Counted from the first letter of the stretch, positions 36,872 through 47,210 are shown. The stretch is 64,000 nucleotides of DNA from Acidimicrobiia bacterium (GCA_038213435.1 JBBQTI010000007.1:16729-80728); one strand, 5' to 3'. Numbers and translations: made by a program. Notes: a model not told the origin generated them from the letters alone.

Positions 36872-38410
36872 ATGGATCCGGCGTCGCTTCAGGTGTGGAT
36901 CTCACGGCTCGCGGCCGTGGCCGACGAGATGGGCGCGGTGTTGCGGCGGGCCGCGTACAGCCCCAACATCAAGGAGCGCGCCGACTGCTCGTGTGCGGTG
37001 TTCACCGCCGACGGCACGCTGCTCGCACAAGCCGAGCACATCCCCGTGCACCTCGGCTCCATGCCCGCCGCGGTCCGCGCCGCGATCGACTCGTGTGGCG
37101 AGGGTCTCCGTCCCGGCGATCAGATCGTCGTCAACGATCCGTTCGCCGGCGGGACGCATCTCAACGACATCACGTTCGTCGCGCCCGCGCACGCCGACGG
37201 CGGAGCGCTGATCGGATGGGCGGCGAACCGCGCGCACCACGCGGACGTCGGTGGGATGGCTCCCGGCTCGTTGCCGCCCGACGCGACGGAGATATTCCAG
37301 GAAGGGCTGCGAATCCCGCCCGTACGTTGGACGCGGGAGGTCGAGGCTCTCGTCGTCGCCGCGTCGCGCACGCCCGACGAACGGCGCGGCGATCTCGACG
37401 CGCAGCTGGGCGCGAACCGATTGGGCATCGCCAGGCTGCGCGAGCTCATGCCCGTGCCGGAGCTACTCGCCGAGATCGTGGAATACGGCGAACGGCGCAT
37501 GCGCGCCGCGATCGACGCCCTTCCCGATGGTGAGTATCGGTTCGACGACGTGCTCGACTCGACGGGCGGACCGGGCGACGCGCGATCGGCGCGTATCTGC
37601 GTGAAGGTCACCGTGCTGGGCGACACGATCACCTTCGACTTCGCGGGTACCGACGCGCAACGCGCGGGGTCGGTCAATGCGGTAGAGGCCGTGACCGTGA
37701 GCGCGGTGGCGTTTGCGCTGCGCTCGGTCGTCGATCCCGATCTCCCGGCGAACGGCGGCGTGTTTCGTCCGGTGCGGGTGATCACACCCCCGGGCTCGAT
37801 CGTGTCCGCGCGGATGCCCGTCGCGGTCGGCGCCGGCAACGTCGAGGTGAGCCAGCGGGTCGCCGATGTGTGCCTGGGCGCGCTCGCGCAGGCGGCGCCG
37901 GATCGCGTCGGCGGCGCGTCGCAAGGAACGATGAACAACCTTCTCGTGGGCGGCGAGGGCTGGGTGTATTACGAGACGATCGGTGGCGGCCAGGGCGGAC
38001 GGCCGGACGGGAGCGCGGGGATGAACGGCGTGCACACCGCGATGACGAACACGCGCGACACGCCGGTCGAAGCGTTCGAACGCGCGTTCCCGATGCGCGT
38101 CCGCCGTTACGCGTTGAGGACGAACAGCGGCGGCGCCGGGCTCGCCGCCGGAGGTGACGGCATCGTCCGAGAGCTCGAGATGCTCGAGGACGCGACCCTC
38201 TCGCTGATCACCGAGCGGCGAACGTCTCGCCCGTGGGGCATCGCGGGGGGCGAGCCGGGCGCCGCCGGCGAGAATTGGTTGCTTGTCGGCGGTGAGGCGG
38301 CCCGAGCGCAGCGGCTCGCCGACAAGTGCACGGTGCGATTGCAGCGCGGCGACGTCGTTCGGATACTGACGCCGGGTGGCGGCGGGTTCGGTCGGCCCGC
38401 GTACACCTGA
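36872..38410 (+). CDS. hyuB: hydantoinase B/oxoprolinase family protein
   Basis: [21 protein letters not shown]..., [27 protein letters not shown]-type motif ([17 protein letters not shown]). It starts 2 nt after the hyuA stop. Confidence 0.85.
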   Translation: MDPASLQVWISRLAAVADEMGAVLRRAAYSPNIKERADCSCAVFTADGTLLAQAEHIPVHLGSMPAAVRAAIDSCGEGLRPGDQIVVNDPFAGGTHLNDITFVAPAHADGGALIGWAANRAHHADVGGMAPGSLPPDATEIFQEGLRIPPVRWTREVEALVVAASRTPDERRGDLDAQLGANRLGIARLRELMPVPELLAEIVEYGERRMRAAIDALPDGEYRFDDVLDSTGGPGDARSARICVKVTVLGDTITFDFAGTDAQRAGSVNAVEAVTVSAVAFALRSVVDPDLPANGGVFRPVRVITPPGSIVSARMPVAVGAGNVEVSQRVADVCLGALAQAAPDRVGGASQGTMNNLLVGGEGWVYYETIGGGQGGRPDGSAGMNGVHTAMTNTRDTPVEAFERAFPMRVRRYALRTNSGGAGLAAGGDGIVRELEMLEDATLSLITERRTSRPWGIAGGEPGAAGENWLLVGGEAARAQRLADKCTVRLQRGDVVRILTPGGGGFGRPAYT

Positions 38411-38441
38411 TCGGCCGCGTCGCCTAAGTCGGCCACGCCAC

Positions 38442-38915
38442 CTAATCGGGTAGCCGCACCGCGACGACGGTGACCGACATCTCGCGCTTTGGACCTTGAT
38501 ACGTCACTGTCGCGTCGGGTGCCTTGCCGAGGAGGGCCTGGCCGAGCGGCGAGTTCGTCGACAAGACGTCGTACTTCTCGTGTCGTTCCTCGATGGAGCC
38601 GACGAGATAGGTCACGAGATCGTCGTCGTCCTCGTATCGAAGGTCGACGAGCGTGCCCGGCTCCACCACGTCACCGGCAGCGCTGGAGTCGATCACGATC
38701 GCGTTCTTGAGCATCGCTTCGAGTTGGCGGACGCGAGCCTCGTTGTGACCCTGCTCGTTCTTCGCCGCGTCGTAATCGGCGTTCTCGGAGATGTCACCGT
38801 GCTCACGGGCTCGCTCGATCCACAGAGAGAGCTCGCGCCGGCGCGTCGTCGTCCGTTCTTCCAATTCTGCCTTCAGCCGCGCGTAGGCTTGGGGCGAGAG
38901 GTGGGGCTCGCTCAT
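38442..38915 (-). CDS. greA: transcription elongation factor GreA
   Basis: LSPQAYARLKAELEE...HGDISENADYDAAKNEQG...SPLGQALLGK. 157 aa from ATG 38915. Confidence 0.9.
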   Translation of the reverse strand: MSEPHLSPQAYARLKAELEERTTTRRRELSLWIERAREHGDISENADYDAAKNEQGHNEARVRQLEAMLKNAIVIDSSAAGDVVEPGTLVDLRYEDDDDLVTYLVGSIEERHEKYDVLSTNSPLGQALLGKAPDATVTYQGPKREMSVTVVAVRLPD

Positions 38916-39008
38916 GACGGGCAGGGTAGTTCGGTCCCTCGGCCGAATCCGGCGACGGGGCACTTTTTCGCGCGCGGCGCGGAGCGTTGCCTGCGACGGG
39001 GAGCGGTG

Positions 39009-39089
39009 ATGTGGTTTGACATTGTTGTGATCTGCTGCGATCCTGGTGCCTTCATGCCCGTGCACCTCTCGGTCATCGTCATTCGATAA
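39009..39089 (+). CDS. Ile/Val-rich leader peptide ([26 protein letters not shown]) of an attenuator upstream of leuB-ilvE-cimA
   Basis: ATG 39009 with GGGGAG 5 nt upstream. 26 codons containing DIVVI and LSVIVI runs, then TAA. The region is locally AT-richer than its surroundings. It is followed by two hairpins, the second with a U6 tract. An in-frame internal ATG at 39054 would give [11 protein letters not shown]. Confidence 0.55.
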   Translation: MWFDIVVICCDPGAFMPVHLSVIVIR

Positions 39090-39117
39090 GCGAGCGCCGC
39101 CCCGGCGTTCGCATCAG

Positions 39118-39145
39118 CCGTCCACGCCTGCGTGGGCGGTTTTTT
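39118..39145 (+). terminator. intrinsic terminator (attenuator) 33 nt upstream of leuB
   Basis: CCGTCCACG-CCTG-CGTGGGCGG 9-bp stem (39118-39139) followed by TTTTTT (39140-39145). A preceding 9-bp hairpin lies at 39090-39112. No gene ends here, so this is not a 3'-end terminator. Confidence 0.65.
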
Positions 39146-39178
39146 CGTGAGCGCACCGAATCGGAAAGGACAGAGCCC

Positions 39179-40171
39179 GTGGCCCATCGGGTCGGGATCA
39201 TCGGCGGCGACGGTATCGGCCCCGAGGTCGTGCGCGTAGCCCTCAACGTCGTGCGCGCCGCGGGCGTCGAGCTCGACCAAGTCGAGTACGACCTCGGCGG
39301 TCGCCGTTACCTGGCGACCGGCGAGGTGCTCCCCGATGCCGTGCTCGATGAGCTGCGCGGGCTCGACGCGATCCTGCTCGGTGCCGTCGGGACGCCCGAG
39401 GTTCCGCCGGGTGTGCTCGAGCGTGGCCTGTTGTTGAAGATGCGTTTCGCGCTCGACCTCTATGTGAACCTGCGACCGTTCAAGGCCGGGCCCGGCCGAC
39501 ACAACGACGGTGTCGACTTCCTCGTGGTACGTGAGAACACCGAAGGAGCATACGCGGGTGAGGGTGGGTTCCTGCGCCAAGGCACGCCGCACGAGATCGC
39601 GACGCAGGGCTCCGTGAACACGCGCGCGGGCGTCGAACGTTGCGTGCGGTTTGCGTTCGAGCTTGCCCGATCACGCGATCGCAAGCACCTCACACTCGTG
39701 CACAAGACGAATGTGCTCACCTTCGCCGGTGACCTGTGGCAACGCACGTTCGACGATGTCGCTCGTTCGTTCGACGATGTGGGTACGGCCTACAACCATG
39801 TCGACGCGGCGTGCATCTACTTCGTGCAGGATCCCGGGCGCTACGACGTGATCGTCACCGACAACCTGTTCGGCGACATCCTCACCGACCTGGGCGGCGC
39901 GATCGGTGGTGGCATCGGTCGGGCGGCGTCGGCGAACCTCAACCCGGCCCGGACCGGCCCATCGCTCTTCGAACCGGTCCACGGCTCCGCTCCCGACATC
40001 GCGGGCACGGGGCAGGCCGACCCTCGGGCCGCCGTGATCTCGGCCGCCATGATGTGTGATTTCCTGGGCGAGGGCGACGCAGTGGCCCGAATTCAAAAGG
40101 CTCTGGACACAACCGACGATATAAAAGGCACGACCACGCAGATCGGCGATGCGATCGCCGCCGCCTGCTGA
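39179..40171 (+). CDS. leuB: 3-isopropylmalate dehydrogenase
   Basis: [40 protein letters not shown] motifs. 330 aa, short actinobacterial type. Confidence 0.9.
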   Translation: MAHRVGIIGGDGIGPEVVRVALNVVRAAGVELDQVEYDLGGRRYLATGEVLPDAVLDELRGLDAILLGAVGTPEVPPGVLERGLLLKMRFALDLYVNLRPFKAGPGRHNDGVDFLVVRENTEGAYAGEGGFLRQGTPHEIATQGSVNTRAGVERCVRFAFELARSRDRKHLTLVHKTNVLTFAGDLWQRTFDDVARSFDDVGTAYNHVDAACIYFVQDPGRYDVIVTDNLFGDILTDLGGAIGGGIGRAASANLNPARTGPSLFEPVHGSAPDIAGTGQADPRAAVISAAMMCDFLGEGDAVARIQKALDTTDDIKGTTTQIGDAIAAAC

Positions 40172-40212
40172 CGTCGCCTCCTCACGCCGCGTGCTCGACG
40201 AAAGGCCCCGCG

Positions 40213-41127
40213 ATGCCCATCACGCCGACTGAGAAGATCTGGATGAACGGTGAGCTCATCCCGTGGGCCGACGCGCGGATGCACGTCCTCACGCACTCCT
40301 TGCATTACGGCACCGGAGTCTTCGAAGGCATCCGCGCGTACGAGACGAAGCGGGGCCCGGCGGTGTTCCGGCTCACCGAGCACGTCGTGCGGCTGTTCGA
40401 CTCCGCCAAGATCATGATGATGGAGATCCCCTACACGGTTGATGAGATCGTGCAGGCGACAAAGGACACCGTGCGCTCTACAGGACTCTCGTCGTGCTAC
40501 GTCCGGCCGATCGCGTACTACGGCTACGGCGAGATGGGGCTCAACACCCTGCCGTGTCCGGTCGACGTCGCGATCGCGTGTTGGCCGTGGGGCGCCTACC
40601 TCGGTGACGATGCCGTCACCAAGGGCGTGCGCATGAAGATCTCGAGCTGGACACGCCACGATCACAACACGATGCCGCCGCTGTCGAAGACGACCGGCAA
40701 TTACGTGAACTCGTCGCTCGCGAAGGTCGAAGCGCTCAAGGCCGGTTACGACGAGGCGATCATGCTCAACCCGGATGGGCTCGTGTCCGAGTGCACCGGC
40801 GAGAACATCTTCGCGGCGCGGCGCGGCGTGCTCGTCACGCCTCCGACCTCGGCGGGCGCGCTGCCCGGAATCACGCAGGACTCGGCGATGACGATCGCAC
40901 GCGACCACGGTTTCGAGGTTCGTGTCGACGACCTGTCACGTAGCGACCTCTACGTCGCGGAGGAAATGTTCGTGTGCGGCACCGCGGCCGAGGTCAGCGC
41001 GGTGAACTCCGTCGACGACCGCACGATCCCGTGCCCGGGCCCGATGACCGGGACGATCGCGGCCGAGTACGCCAAAGCCGTGCGCGGCCAGATCGACAAG
41101 TACAAAGACTGGTGCGAGCTCGTATGA
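40213..41127 (+). CDS. ilvE: branched-chain amino acid aminotransferase
   Basis: IWMNGELIPWADARMHVLTHSLHYGTGVFEGIRAY, plus SKTTGNYVNS (PLP Lys region) and ECTGENIF. Confidence 0.9.
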   Translation: MPITPTEKIWMNGELIPWADARMHVLTHSLHYGTGVFEGIRAYETKRGPAVFRLTEHVVRLFDSAKIMMMEIPYTVDEIVQATKDTVRSTGLSSCYVRPIAYYGYGEMGLNTLPCPVDVAIACWPWGAYLGDDAVTKGVRMKISSWTRHDHNTMPPLSKTTGNYVNSSLAKVEALKAGYDEAIMLNPDGLVSECTGENIFAARRGVLVTPPTSAGALPGITQDSAMTIARDHGFEVRVDDLSRSDLYVAEEMFVCGTAAEVSAVNSVDDRTIPCPGPMTGTIAAEYAKAVRGQIDKYKDWCELV

Positions 41128-42725
41128 GGATTGAAATCTACGACACCACTCTTCGGGACGGGTCGCAGCTCGAAGGGATCTCGCTCACGGTCGAGGACAA
41201 GCTGCGGATCGCGGAACAACTCGACTGGCTCGGTGTGCACTACATCGAGGCCGGTTGGCCCGGTGCGAACCCGAAGGACGACGAGCTGTTCCGCCGTGTT
41301 CCGAACGAGCTGAGGCTTGAGACGAGCACACTCGTCGCGTTCGGATCGACCCGCCGGGTCAAGGGAAGGGTCGACAGCGACGACACGTTGCGACATCTCG
41401 TCGAGGCCAACGTCGCGACCGTGTGCATCGTCGGCAAGTCGTGGGACTACCACGTCACCGAGGCGCTGGGAACGACGCTCGACGAGGGCGTGGCGATGGT
41501 CGGCGATTCGGTCGAGTTCCTGCGTCGCTCGGGGATGAAGGTGCTCTTCGACGCCGAACACTTCTTCGACGGTTTCAAGCGCAATCCCGAGTTCTCGCTG
41601 CGTGTGCTCGAAGCCGCGGCGACGAAGGGTGCGAGCCATCTCGTTCTCTGCGACACGAACGGCGGTGCGCTGCCACACGAAGTTGAGCAGGCCGTCGCCG
41701 AGGTCGTCCGTTACTTCGGCCCCGACGTGACGATCGCGGTACATGCTCACGACGACGCGGGCACCGGCGTCGCGAACGCGTTGGCCGGCGTGCGCGGCGG
41801 TGCGACGCAGGTGCAGGGCACGATCAACGGCTACGGCGAGCGCACCGGCAACTGCAACCTCACGACGATCATCCCGAATCTCACCCTCAAGATGGGGTAC
41901 GAGACCATCCCGCGCGATCGGCTCGAGCGGCTCACACCGGTCGCGCACCACGTCGCAGAGCTCGTGAACATGCCGCTCAACCCGCAGGCCGCCTACGTGG
42001 GCCATTCGGCGTTCGCGCACAAGGCCGGGCTGCACACGAGCGCGATCGCGAAACGGCCGGACGCGTATGAGCACGTATCTCCCGAGATCGTGGGCAATGG
42101 CACGCGATTCGTCGTGTCGGAGCTCGCGGGCAAGTCGACGCTCGGGCTCAAGGCGAAAGAGCTCGGTCTCCGGCTCGACGGCCCGCAGCTCGCCGAGGTC
42201 GTCGAGACGTTGAAGCGACTGGAGCACGAGGGTTACCACTTCGAGGTCGCCGACGGCTCGCTGGAGTTACTGATGCGGCGCGCCACCGGCTGGGATCCGG
42301 ACTGGTTCCAGGTCGAGTCGTTCCGGGTGATCACCGACGACAACGTTGGTGTCGGCACGCTCACCGACAAGACGCGGGCGACGGTGATGACGGAGGCGAC
42401 GGTCAAGGTCCACATCGGCGGACGGCGAGTCGTGGCGACCGCCGAGGGCAACGGTCCGGTCAACGCGCTCGACTGCGCGCTCCGAACCGCGCTCGACGGC
42501 AGCTTCCCCGCGCTCGAGCGGTTACACCTCACCGACTACAAGGTCCGCGTGCTCGATACGAACAAGGGCACCGGCGCCGCGACGCGGGTGTTGATCGATT
42601 CCACCGACGGCGAGGCCACCTGGACGACCATCGGTGTGAACGAGAACATCATCGAGGCCTCGTGGCAGGCCCTTCTCGACTCGATCCATTTCGGTCTGCT
42701 GCGCGCCGAGGTGGCCGGTCGCTGA
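41124..42725 (+). CDS. cimA: citramalate synthase (LeuA-family, CimA type)
   Basis: MRIEIYDTTLRDGSQLEGISLTVEDKLRIAEQLD, HAHDDAGTGVANALAGV, GTINGYGERTGNCNL, plus a C-terminal LeuA-dimer domain. The start overlaps the ilvE stop (ATGA). Confidence 0.8.
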   Translation: MRIEIYDTTLRDGSQLEGISLTVEDKLRIAEQLDWLGVHYIEAGWPGANPKDDELFRRVPNELRLETSTLVAFGSTRRVKGRVDSDDTLRHLVEANVATVCIVGKSWDYHVTEALGTTLDEGVAMVGDSVEFLRRSGMKVLFDAEHFFDGFKRNPEFSLRVLEAAATKGASHLVLCDTNGGALPHEVEQAVAEVVRYFGPDVTIAVHAHDDAGTGVANALAGVRGGATQVQGTINGYGERTGNCNLTTIIPNLTLKMGYETIPRDRLERLTPVAHHVAELVNMPLNPQAAYVGHSAFAHKAGLHTSAIAKRPDAYEHVSPEIVGNGTRFVVSELAGKSTLGLKAKELGLRLDGPQLAEVVETLKRLEHEGYHFEVADGSLELLMRRATGWDPDWFQVESFRVITDDNVGVGTLTDKTRATVMTEATVKVHIGGRRVVATAEGNGPVNALDCALRTALDGSFPALERLHLTDYKVRVLDTNKGTGAATRVLIDSTDGEATWTTIGVNENIIEASWQALLDSIHFGLLRAEVAGR

Positions 42726-42728
42726 CCG

Positions 42729-43322
42729 ATGGCCCGGGCCGGCGCGGTCCGGCCGATCTCGGTCGAAGTAGTGTCGGCTCTCGTGCCGACCGATCCGTTC
42801 GTGCCGCCCGATCCGAGTGCTCGGCCGCGCCAACAGCAGAACCTGCCTCCCGGTGTGGCACTGCCGGCGGCGACCGACTGGCGCGCCGACCGTCCCGGCG
42901 ACCTCGGCCCGCACCAGCCTGAGGGCGCGTTGTTCGGGCGTCCGGGTCCGAACGTCGGCTATGCGTACACGCTCGCCCAGCGGGCCCGGGACCGGTTGCG
43001 GCTCGGTCCGTTCGAACACGCCGACGACTCGGTCGCGGTGATCGCCGAGATCGCGGGCAAGCGCGCCTCGCTGTTCGGTCGCGCCCCTGTGATCGGCGAC
43101 GTCGATTTCGTCGTGGCGCTGCTCGGATACGACGCCAGCGCAACCGACACCTTCGTCAAGGCGCGATCGGCCCTCGTGCACGAGGCCGGCCACGATTATC
43201 GGCGAAGGCGCGCGCTCGTCGACGCAGTGCCCGATGCGTTGCTGCGGATGCGCACGCCCCAGGCGGCCGCCGAGATCGAGTCGTGGCGCGCCTCGATGCC
43301 CACGCTCGCGGCGTCGGGGTAA
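42729..43322 (+). CDS. hypothetical protein
   Basis: 197-aa GC3-rich ORF starting 3 nt after cimA. No motif recognised. Confidence 0.55.
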   Translation: MARAGAVRPISVEVVSALVPTDPFVPPDPSARPRQQQNLPPGVALPAATDWRADRPGDLGPHQPEGALFGRPGPNVGYAYTLAQRARDRLRLGPFEHADDSVAVIAEIAGKRASLFGRAPVIGDVDFVVALLGYDASATDTFVKARSALVHEAGHDYRRRRALVDAVPDALLRMRTPQAAAEIESWRASMPTLAASG

Positions 43323-43356
43323 CGGGCGCCCGAGCTTCGCGGCGAAAGGTTCGCGG

Positions 43357-44511
43357 TTGACCAGCTTCACCCCGTCTGCAGACCTCGAGGAGTTGCGGGC
43401 ATCCGTTCGGCGCCTGGCCGAAGACAAGATCGCACCGAATGCCGCGCGCGCCGACGAGAACGAGCAGTACCCGTGGGACTCGTGGCACGCGTGGCACGAC
43501 GCGGGCTTCGCGGGTCTCGCGTTCCCGGAGGAGCTCGGCGGTCAGGGCGCAGGCTTTCTCGCCCACGCGATCTGCGTGGAGGAGGTGGCGCGCGTCTGTG
43601 CGTCGTCGTCGATCTTCACCTTCATCTCGAAGCTGGCGATGACACCGGTGCTCGACCACGGCGGCGACGCGCTCGCGCGGAAGTACGTCTCCCGCGTCGC
43701 GAGCGGCGAGTGCCAGGCGTCCTATTGCCTCTCGGAGGCCGACGCGGGGAGCGACGTGGCCGGAATGCGCACCAAGGCGGTGCGCGACGGCGACCACTAC
43801 GTGTTGACGGGTCGCAAGCTCTGGATCACGAACGCGGGCGTGAGTGACTTCTACACCGTGTTCGCGAAGACCGATCCCGAAGCGGGCAACCGCGGTATCA
43901 GTTGCTTCGTCGTCGAGAAGGACTTCGCCGGATTCGCGGTGTCGAAGCTCGAGCACAAGATGGGAGTGCGAGGCTCTCCTACCGGAGAGATCGTCCTCGA
44001 CGAATGTGTCGTACCGGCGGAGAACCTCATCGGTGAGCCGGGGCAGGGGTTCGCGTACGCGATGGGCGCGCTCGACCGCTCGCGCCCCCTCGTCGGCGCG
44101 CAGGCCCTGGGCATCGCCCAGGGCGCACTCGACCTCGCGGCCGGCTACCTGCAGGAGCGCAAGCAGTTCGGACGCCGTATCGCCGACTTCCAAGGCTTGC
44201 AGTTCATGCTCGCCGACATGGCGACCGCCGTCGACGCGGCCCGACTGCTCGTGTACCGCGCCTGCGCGCTGCTCGACGACGGGCTCGGCGGCACTCCCAC
44301 GACGGCGAGCGCCTCGTCGATGGCGAAGCTCTTCGCGTCGGACACCGCGATGCGGGTCACCACCGATTGCGTGCAGCTCCTCGGGGGGATCGGCTACACC
44401 AAGGACGTCCCTGCGGAGCGCTTCATGCGCGATGCCAAGATCACGCAAATCTACGAGGGTACGAATCAGATCCAGCGCGTCGTGATCGCCAAGCGGCTCC
44501 TCGGCGGGTGA
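43357..44511 (+). CDS. acyl-CoA dehydrogenase (canonical short/medium-chain type)
   Basis: CLSEADAGSDVAGMRTKAVRDGDHYVLTGRKLWITNA, ERKQFGRRIADFQ, IYEGTNQIQR (catalytic Glu context). TTG 43357 after GAAAGG is the provisional start. Confidence 0.85.
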   Translation: MTSFTPSADLEELRASVRRLAEDKIAPNAARADENEQYPWDSWHAWHDAGFAGLAFPEELGGQGAGFLAHAICVEEVARVCASSSIFTFISKLAMTPVLDHGGDALARKYVSRVASGECQASYCLSEADAGSDVAGMRTKAVRDGDHYVLTGRKLWITNAGVSDFYTVFAKTDPEAGNRGISCFVVEKDFAGFAVSKLEHKMGVRGSPTGEIVLDECVVPAENLIGEPGQGFAYAMGALDRSRPLVGAQALGIAQGALDLAAGYLQERKQFGRRIADFQGLQFMLADMATAVDAARLLVYRACALLDDGLGGTPTTASASSMAKLFASDTAMRVTTDCVQLLGGIGYTKDVPAERFMRDAKITQIYEGTNQIQRVVIAKRLLGG

Positions 44512-44545
44512 CGACGCCAGGTTGCCTCGTAGAATCAGAGATCCG

Positions 44546-45961
44546 ATGAGCCAGGTTCGCCTCCGCTTCTCGCCCGCGCCGACAGGGTTCCTGCACATCG
44601 GCAGCGTGCGTACCGCGCTCTACAACTGGCTGCACGCGCGCCACACCGCCGGCACGTTCATCCTCCGGATCGAGGACACCGATATCGCCCGGTCGACGCA
44701 GGAGTCGGTCGACCAGATCCAGCACGTGCTGCGCTGGTTGGGTCTTGACTGGGACGACGGACCCTACCTGCAGAGCACGCGATTCGACGCGTACCTCGCG
44801 GCGGCTCACCGCATGGTCGAAGAGCAGCGCGCGTACGAGTGTTACTGCACCGAGGACGAGGTCCGCGAACGCAACGAGCAGGCGATGCGCGCCGGCCGGC
44901 CGCCGGGCTACGACGGGCGGTGTCGCCATCTGACCCCGGCCGACCGGGGCGCGCGCGTTGACGAGGGTCGGATGCCGTCCATTCGATTCCGGACCCCCGA
45001 CGACGGTCGCAGCTCCTTCACCGACGTGATCCGCGGCGAGGTCTCGGTCGAGTGGTCGACGATTTCCGACTTCGTGATCGTCCGATCGAACGGCACGCCG
45101 GTGTTCTTCCTCGCGAACGCGGTCGACGACCTCGACATGGAGATCACGCACGTGTTGCGCGGAGAGGACCTCATCGACTCGACCCATCGCGTCCTCGCGC
45201 TCCGCCGCGCCCTCGGACACGACGATCAGCCGGTGTACGCGCACATGCCGCTGATCCTCGGCCCCGGCGGGGCGAAGCTGTCGAAGCGCCACGGTGCCGT
45301 ATCGGTCGAGGAGTATCGCGACGCGGGGTTCCTACCCGCGGCGCTCTTGAATTACCTCGCGCTGCTCGGTTGGGGTACCGAGGACGGCCGCGAGATCCTC
45401 AGCCTCGAGGAGCTCGTTGCCGAGTTCGAGCTCGAGCGCGTGAACACCTCGGCCGCGACGTTCGACCCCAAGAAGCTCGAGTGGATGAACGGAGAGCACA
45501 TCCGGGCCACGCCGCTGCCCGACCTCGTGTCGGTCGTGCTGCCGTTCGCGCGCACGCGGTACGGCGCGCGGCTCGACATCCCGCGTTTCGAGGCCGCGGT
45601 CCGGCTGGCACAACTACGCGCGACGACGCTCGTGCAGATCGCCGACCAGATGGCGTTTCTCTTCACGCCCGACGACGAGCTCGAGATCGATCCCGCATCG
45701 TGGGAGAAGCTGACCAAGGTCGAGAACGTGGCGGCGATCCTGGATGCCGTCATCGAGTTCGTGCGCGATTGCGAGTGGAGCGACGAGATCGACCCGCGGC
45801 CCGCGATCGAAGCACTCGGCCTCAAGCCCGGCAAGGTCATGCACGTCCTGTACTCCGCGATCGAGGGTCGAAGCCAAGGTTTGCCGCTGTTCGACTCGAT
45901 CAGCCTGCTGCGCCGCGACTCGGCCCTCAACCGCCTGCGGGCCGCTCGCGCCCGTCTGTGA
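44546..45961 (+). CDS. gltX: glutamate--tRNA ligase
   Basis: RFSPAPTGFLHIGSVRTALYNW (HIGH) and KLSKRHG (KMSKS). It is followed by tRNA-Gln and tRNA-Glu, as in other actinobacteria. Confidence 0.9.
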   Translation: MSQVRLRFSPAPTGFLHIGSVRTALYNWLHARHTAGTFILRIEDTDIARSTQESVDQIQHVLRWLGLDWDDGPYLQSTRFDAYLAAAHRMVEEQRAYECYCTEDEVRERNEQAMRAGRPPGYDGRCRHLTPADRGARVDEGRMPSIRFRTPDDGRSSFTDVIRGEVSVEWSTISDFVIVRSNGTPVFFLANAVDDLDMEITHVLRGEDLIDSTHRVLALRRALGHDDQPVYAHMPLILGPGGAKLSKRHGAVSVEEYRDAGFLPAALLNYLALLGWGTEDGREILSLEELVAEFELERVNTSAATFDPKKLEWMNGEHIRATPLPDLVSVVLPFARTRYGARLDIPRFEAAVRLAQLRATTLVQIADQMAFLFTPDDELEIDPASWEKLTKVENVAAILDAVIEFVRDCEWSDEIDPRPAIEALGLKPGKVMHVLYSAIEGRSQGLPLFDSISLLRRDSALNRLRAARARL

Positions 45962-46665
45962 GGCTCGCCCTCAAGATCTCGCGGCGCGTCGCCATCGCGC
46001 TGTTCGCCGTCGGGCTCGCGTATCTGTCCGTCGTGTTCGTGCAGGTGTGGTTGGCGGCGCGCCGGGACGACGCCCGTCCGTCCGACGCGATCATCGTGCT
46101 CGGGGCAGCACAGTTCGACGGTCGTGCGTCGAAGATCCTCTCGGCGCGGCTCGATCACGCCGTCGACCTGTACCGCCGCGGTATCGCGCCCGTCGTCGTC
46201 GTGACGGGCGGCCGGCAACCGGGCGACCGCTTCACGGAGGCGAGCGTCGGTGCGAGCTATCTGCACGATCACCAGGTCCCCGAGCGCGCGATCCTGCGTG
46301 AGACGACCGGTCGGTCGTCGTGGCAGTCGCTCGCCGCGGCTGCACGCTTCCTGAAGGAGCGCCACCTCACGCGCGTCGTGCTCGTCTCCGATCCGTACCA
46401 TTCGGCGCGCGTCGAAGACGTCGCGCACGACGTCGGGTTGCAAGGGGCGACGTCGCCCACCCGCACGAGCCCGATCAAGGGCGCGGGCGAATGGCGGCGG
46501 TTCGGCACCGAGACCATCCGTGTCGCCGCCGGGCGCATCTTCGGCTACGGCCGACTCGACCGGCATCGCGAGGTCGAGAGGCTCGTACCGGGACTCGCTA
46601 CACTGTGCCCTCCGTTGCGGCGGCCGGAGCGGCGTCGCAAGGGCACCCATTCGGGGGTGGTGTAA
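45958..46665 (+). CDS. YdcF/ElyC (DUF218) family protein
   Basis: The GTG overlaps the gltX stop (GTGA). TM anchor IALFAVGLAYLSVVFVQVWL, then AIIVLGAAQ...VVVTGG...VLVSDPYH. The last 15 nt, including the stop, overlap the 5' end of tRNA-Gln. Confidence 0.7.
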   Translation: MRLALKISRRVAIALFAVGLAYLSVVFVQVWLAARRDDARPSDAIIVLGAAQFDGRASKILSARLDHAVDLYRRGIAPVVVVTGGRQPGDRFTEASVGASYLHDHQVPERAILRETTGRSSWQSLAAAARFLKERHLTRVVLVSDPYHSARVEDVAHDVGLQGATSPTRTSPIKGAGEWRRFGTETIRVAAGRIFGYGRLDRHREVERLVPGLATLCPPLRRPERRRKGTHSGVV

Positions 46666-46722
46666 TCGGCAACACGACAGGTTCTGGCCCTGTTATTGGG
46701 GGTTCGAGTCCTCCCCCCCGAG
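46651..46722 (+). tRNA. tRNA-Gln (anticodon CTG)
   Basis: Hand-folded cloverleaf: acceptor TCGGGGG/CCCCCGA, anticodon stem ACAGG/CCTGT with loop TTCTGGC, T-arm GGGGG-TTCGAGT-CCTCC. No encoded CCA. Confidence 0.85.
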
Positions 46723-46737
46723 CGCAGCCGGAGACAT

Positions 46738-46813
46738 GCCCCGTTCGTCTAGCGGCCCAGGACGCCAGGTTCTCATCCTGGTAACACGGGTTCAAATCCC
46801 GTACGGGGTGCCA
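46738..46813 (+). tRNA. tRNA-Glu (anticodon CTC)
   Basis: Acceptor GCCCCGT/ACGGGGT, anticodon stem CCAGG/CCTGG with loop TTCTCAT, T-arm ACGGG-TTCAAAT-CCCGT. CCA is encoded. Confidence 0.85.
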
Positions 46814-46852
46814 TGTGGCCCGAGCAAATGCCGCTCGGGCCACATTTCTTTT
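46813..46852 (+). terminator. rho-independent terminator after the tRNA pair
   Basis: 13-bp perfect stem ATGTGGCCCGAGC / GCTCGGGCCACAT (46813-46825 and 46833-46845), followed by TTCTTTT. Confidence 0.8.
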
Positions 46853-46991
46853 GCGGACGCGTTCTCGGCGCGCGAGGTCACGCTGTGCGCGCATCGAGCA
46901 GACTGCGCGTGCAGTAGCAACGGCGTGCCAACGTCAAGACCGCGTCACCGCGCGCGCCGCGTCGAATGCCGCGCGATCGACGCGACACCCG

Positions 46992-47210
46992 TCATTGCGC
47001 GACGCGGATCTCGTTGTCGCGCACGATGAGCGTGCACGCCAAACCGACGAGTGAAAGCGGATCGCGCGCGACATAACTGCTGGTCACGATGTTGATGACC
47101 TCGCCGCGCTGTTCGCCGGACGTGATCGTGCACTCGAGCGCGACACCGTCATCGCGTTGCTCGGCCCAGATGATGAACGCGTCGTACGTTCCGTCGCGGA
47201 GCATCGTCAT
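46992..47210 (-). CDS. hypothetical small protein (72 aa)
   Basis: MTMLRDGTYDAFIIWAEQRDDGVALECTITSGEQRGEVINIVTSSYVARDPLSLVGLACTLIVRDNEIRVAQ. GC3-rich. The upstream 22 codons of the track ORF are Arg-rich. Confidence 0.45.
   Translation of the reverse strand: MTMLRDGTYDAFIIWAEQRDDGVALECTITSGEQRGEVINIVTSSYVARDPLSLVGLACTLIVRDNEIRVAQ

Noticed and set aside
45052-45957. The N-terminal 302 codons of track ORF 45052..46665.
   Set aside because: This part overlaps gltX out of frame and is Arg/Pro-rich. The credible DUF218 protein begins at the GTG at 45958, which overlaps the gltX stop.
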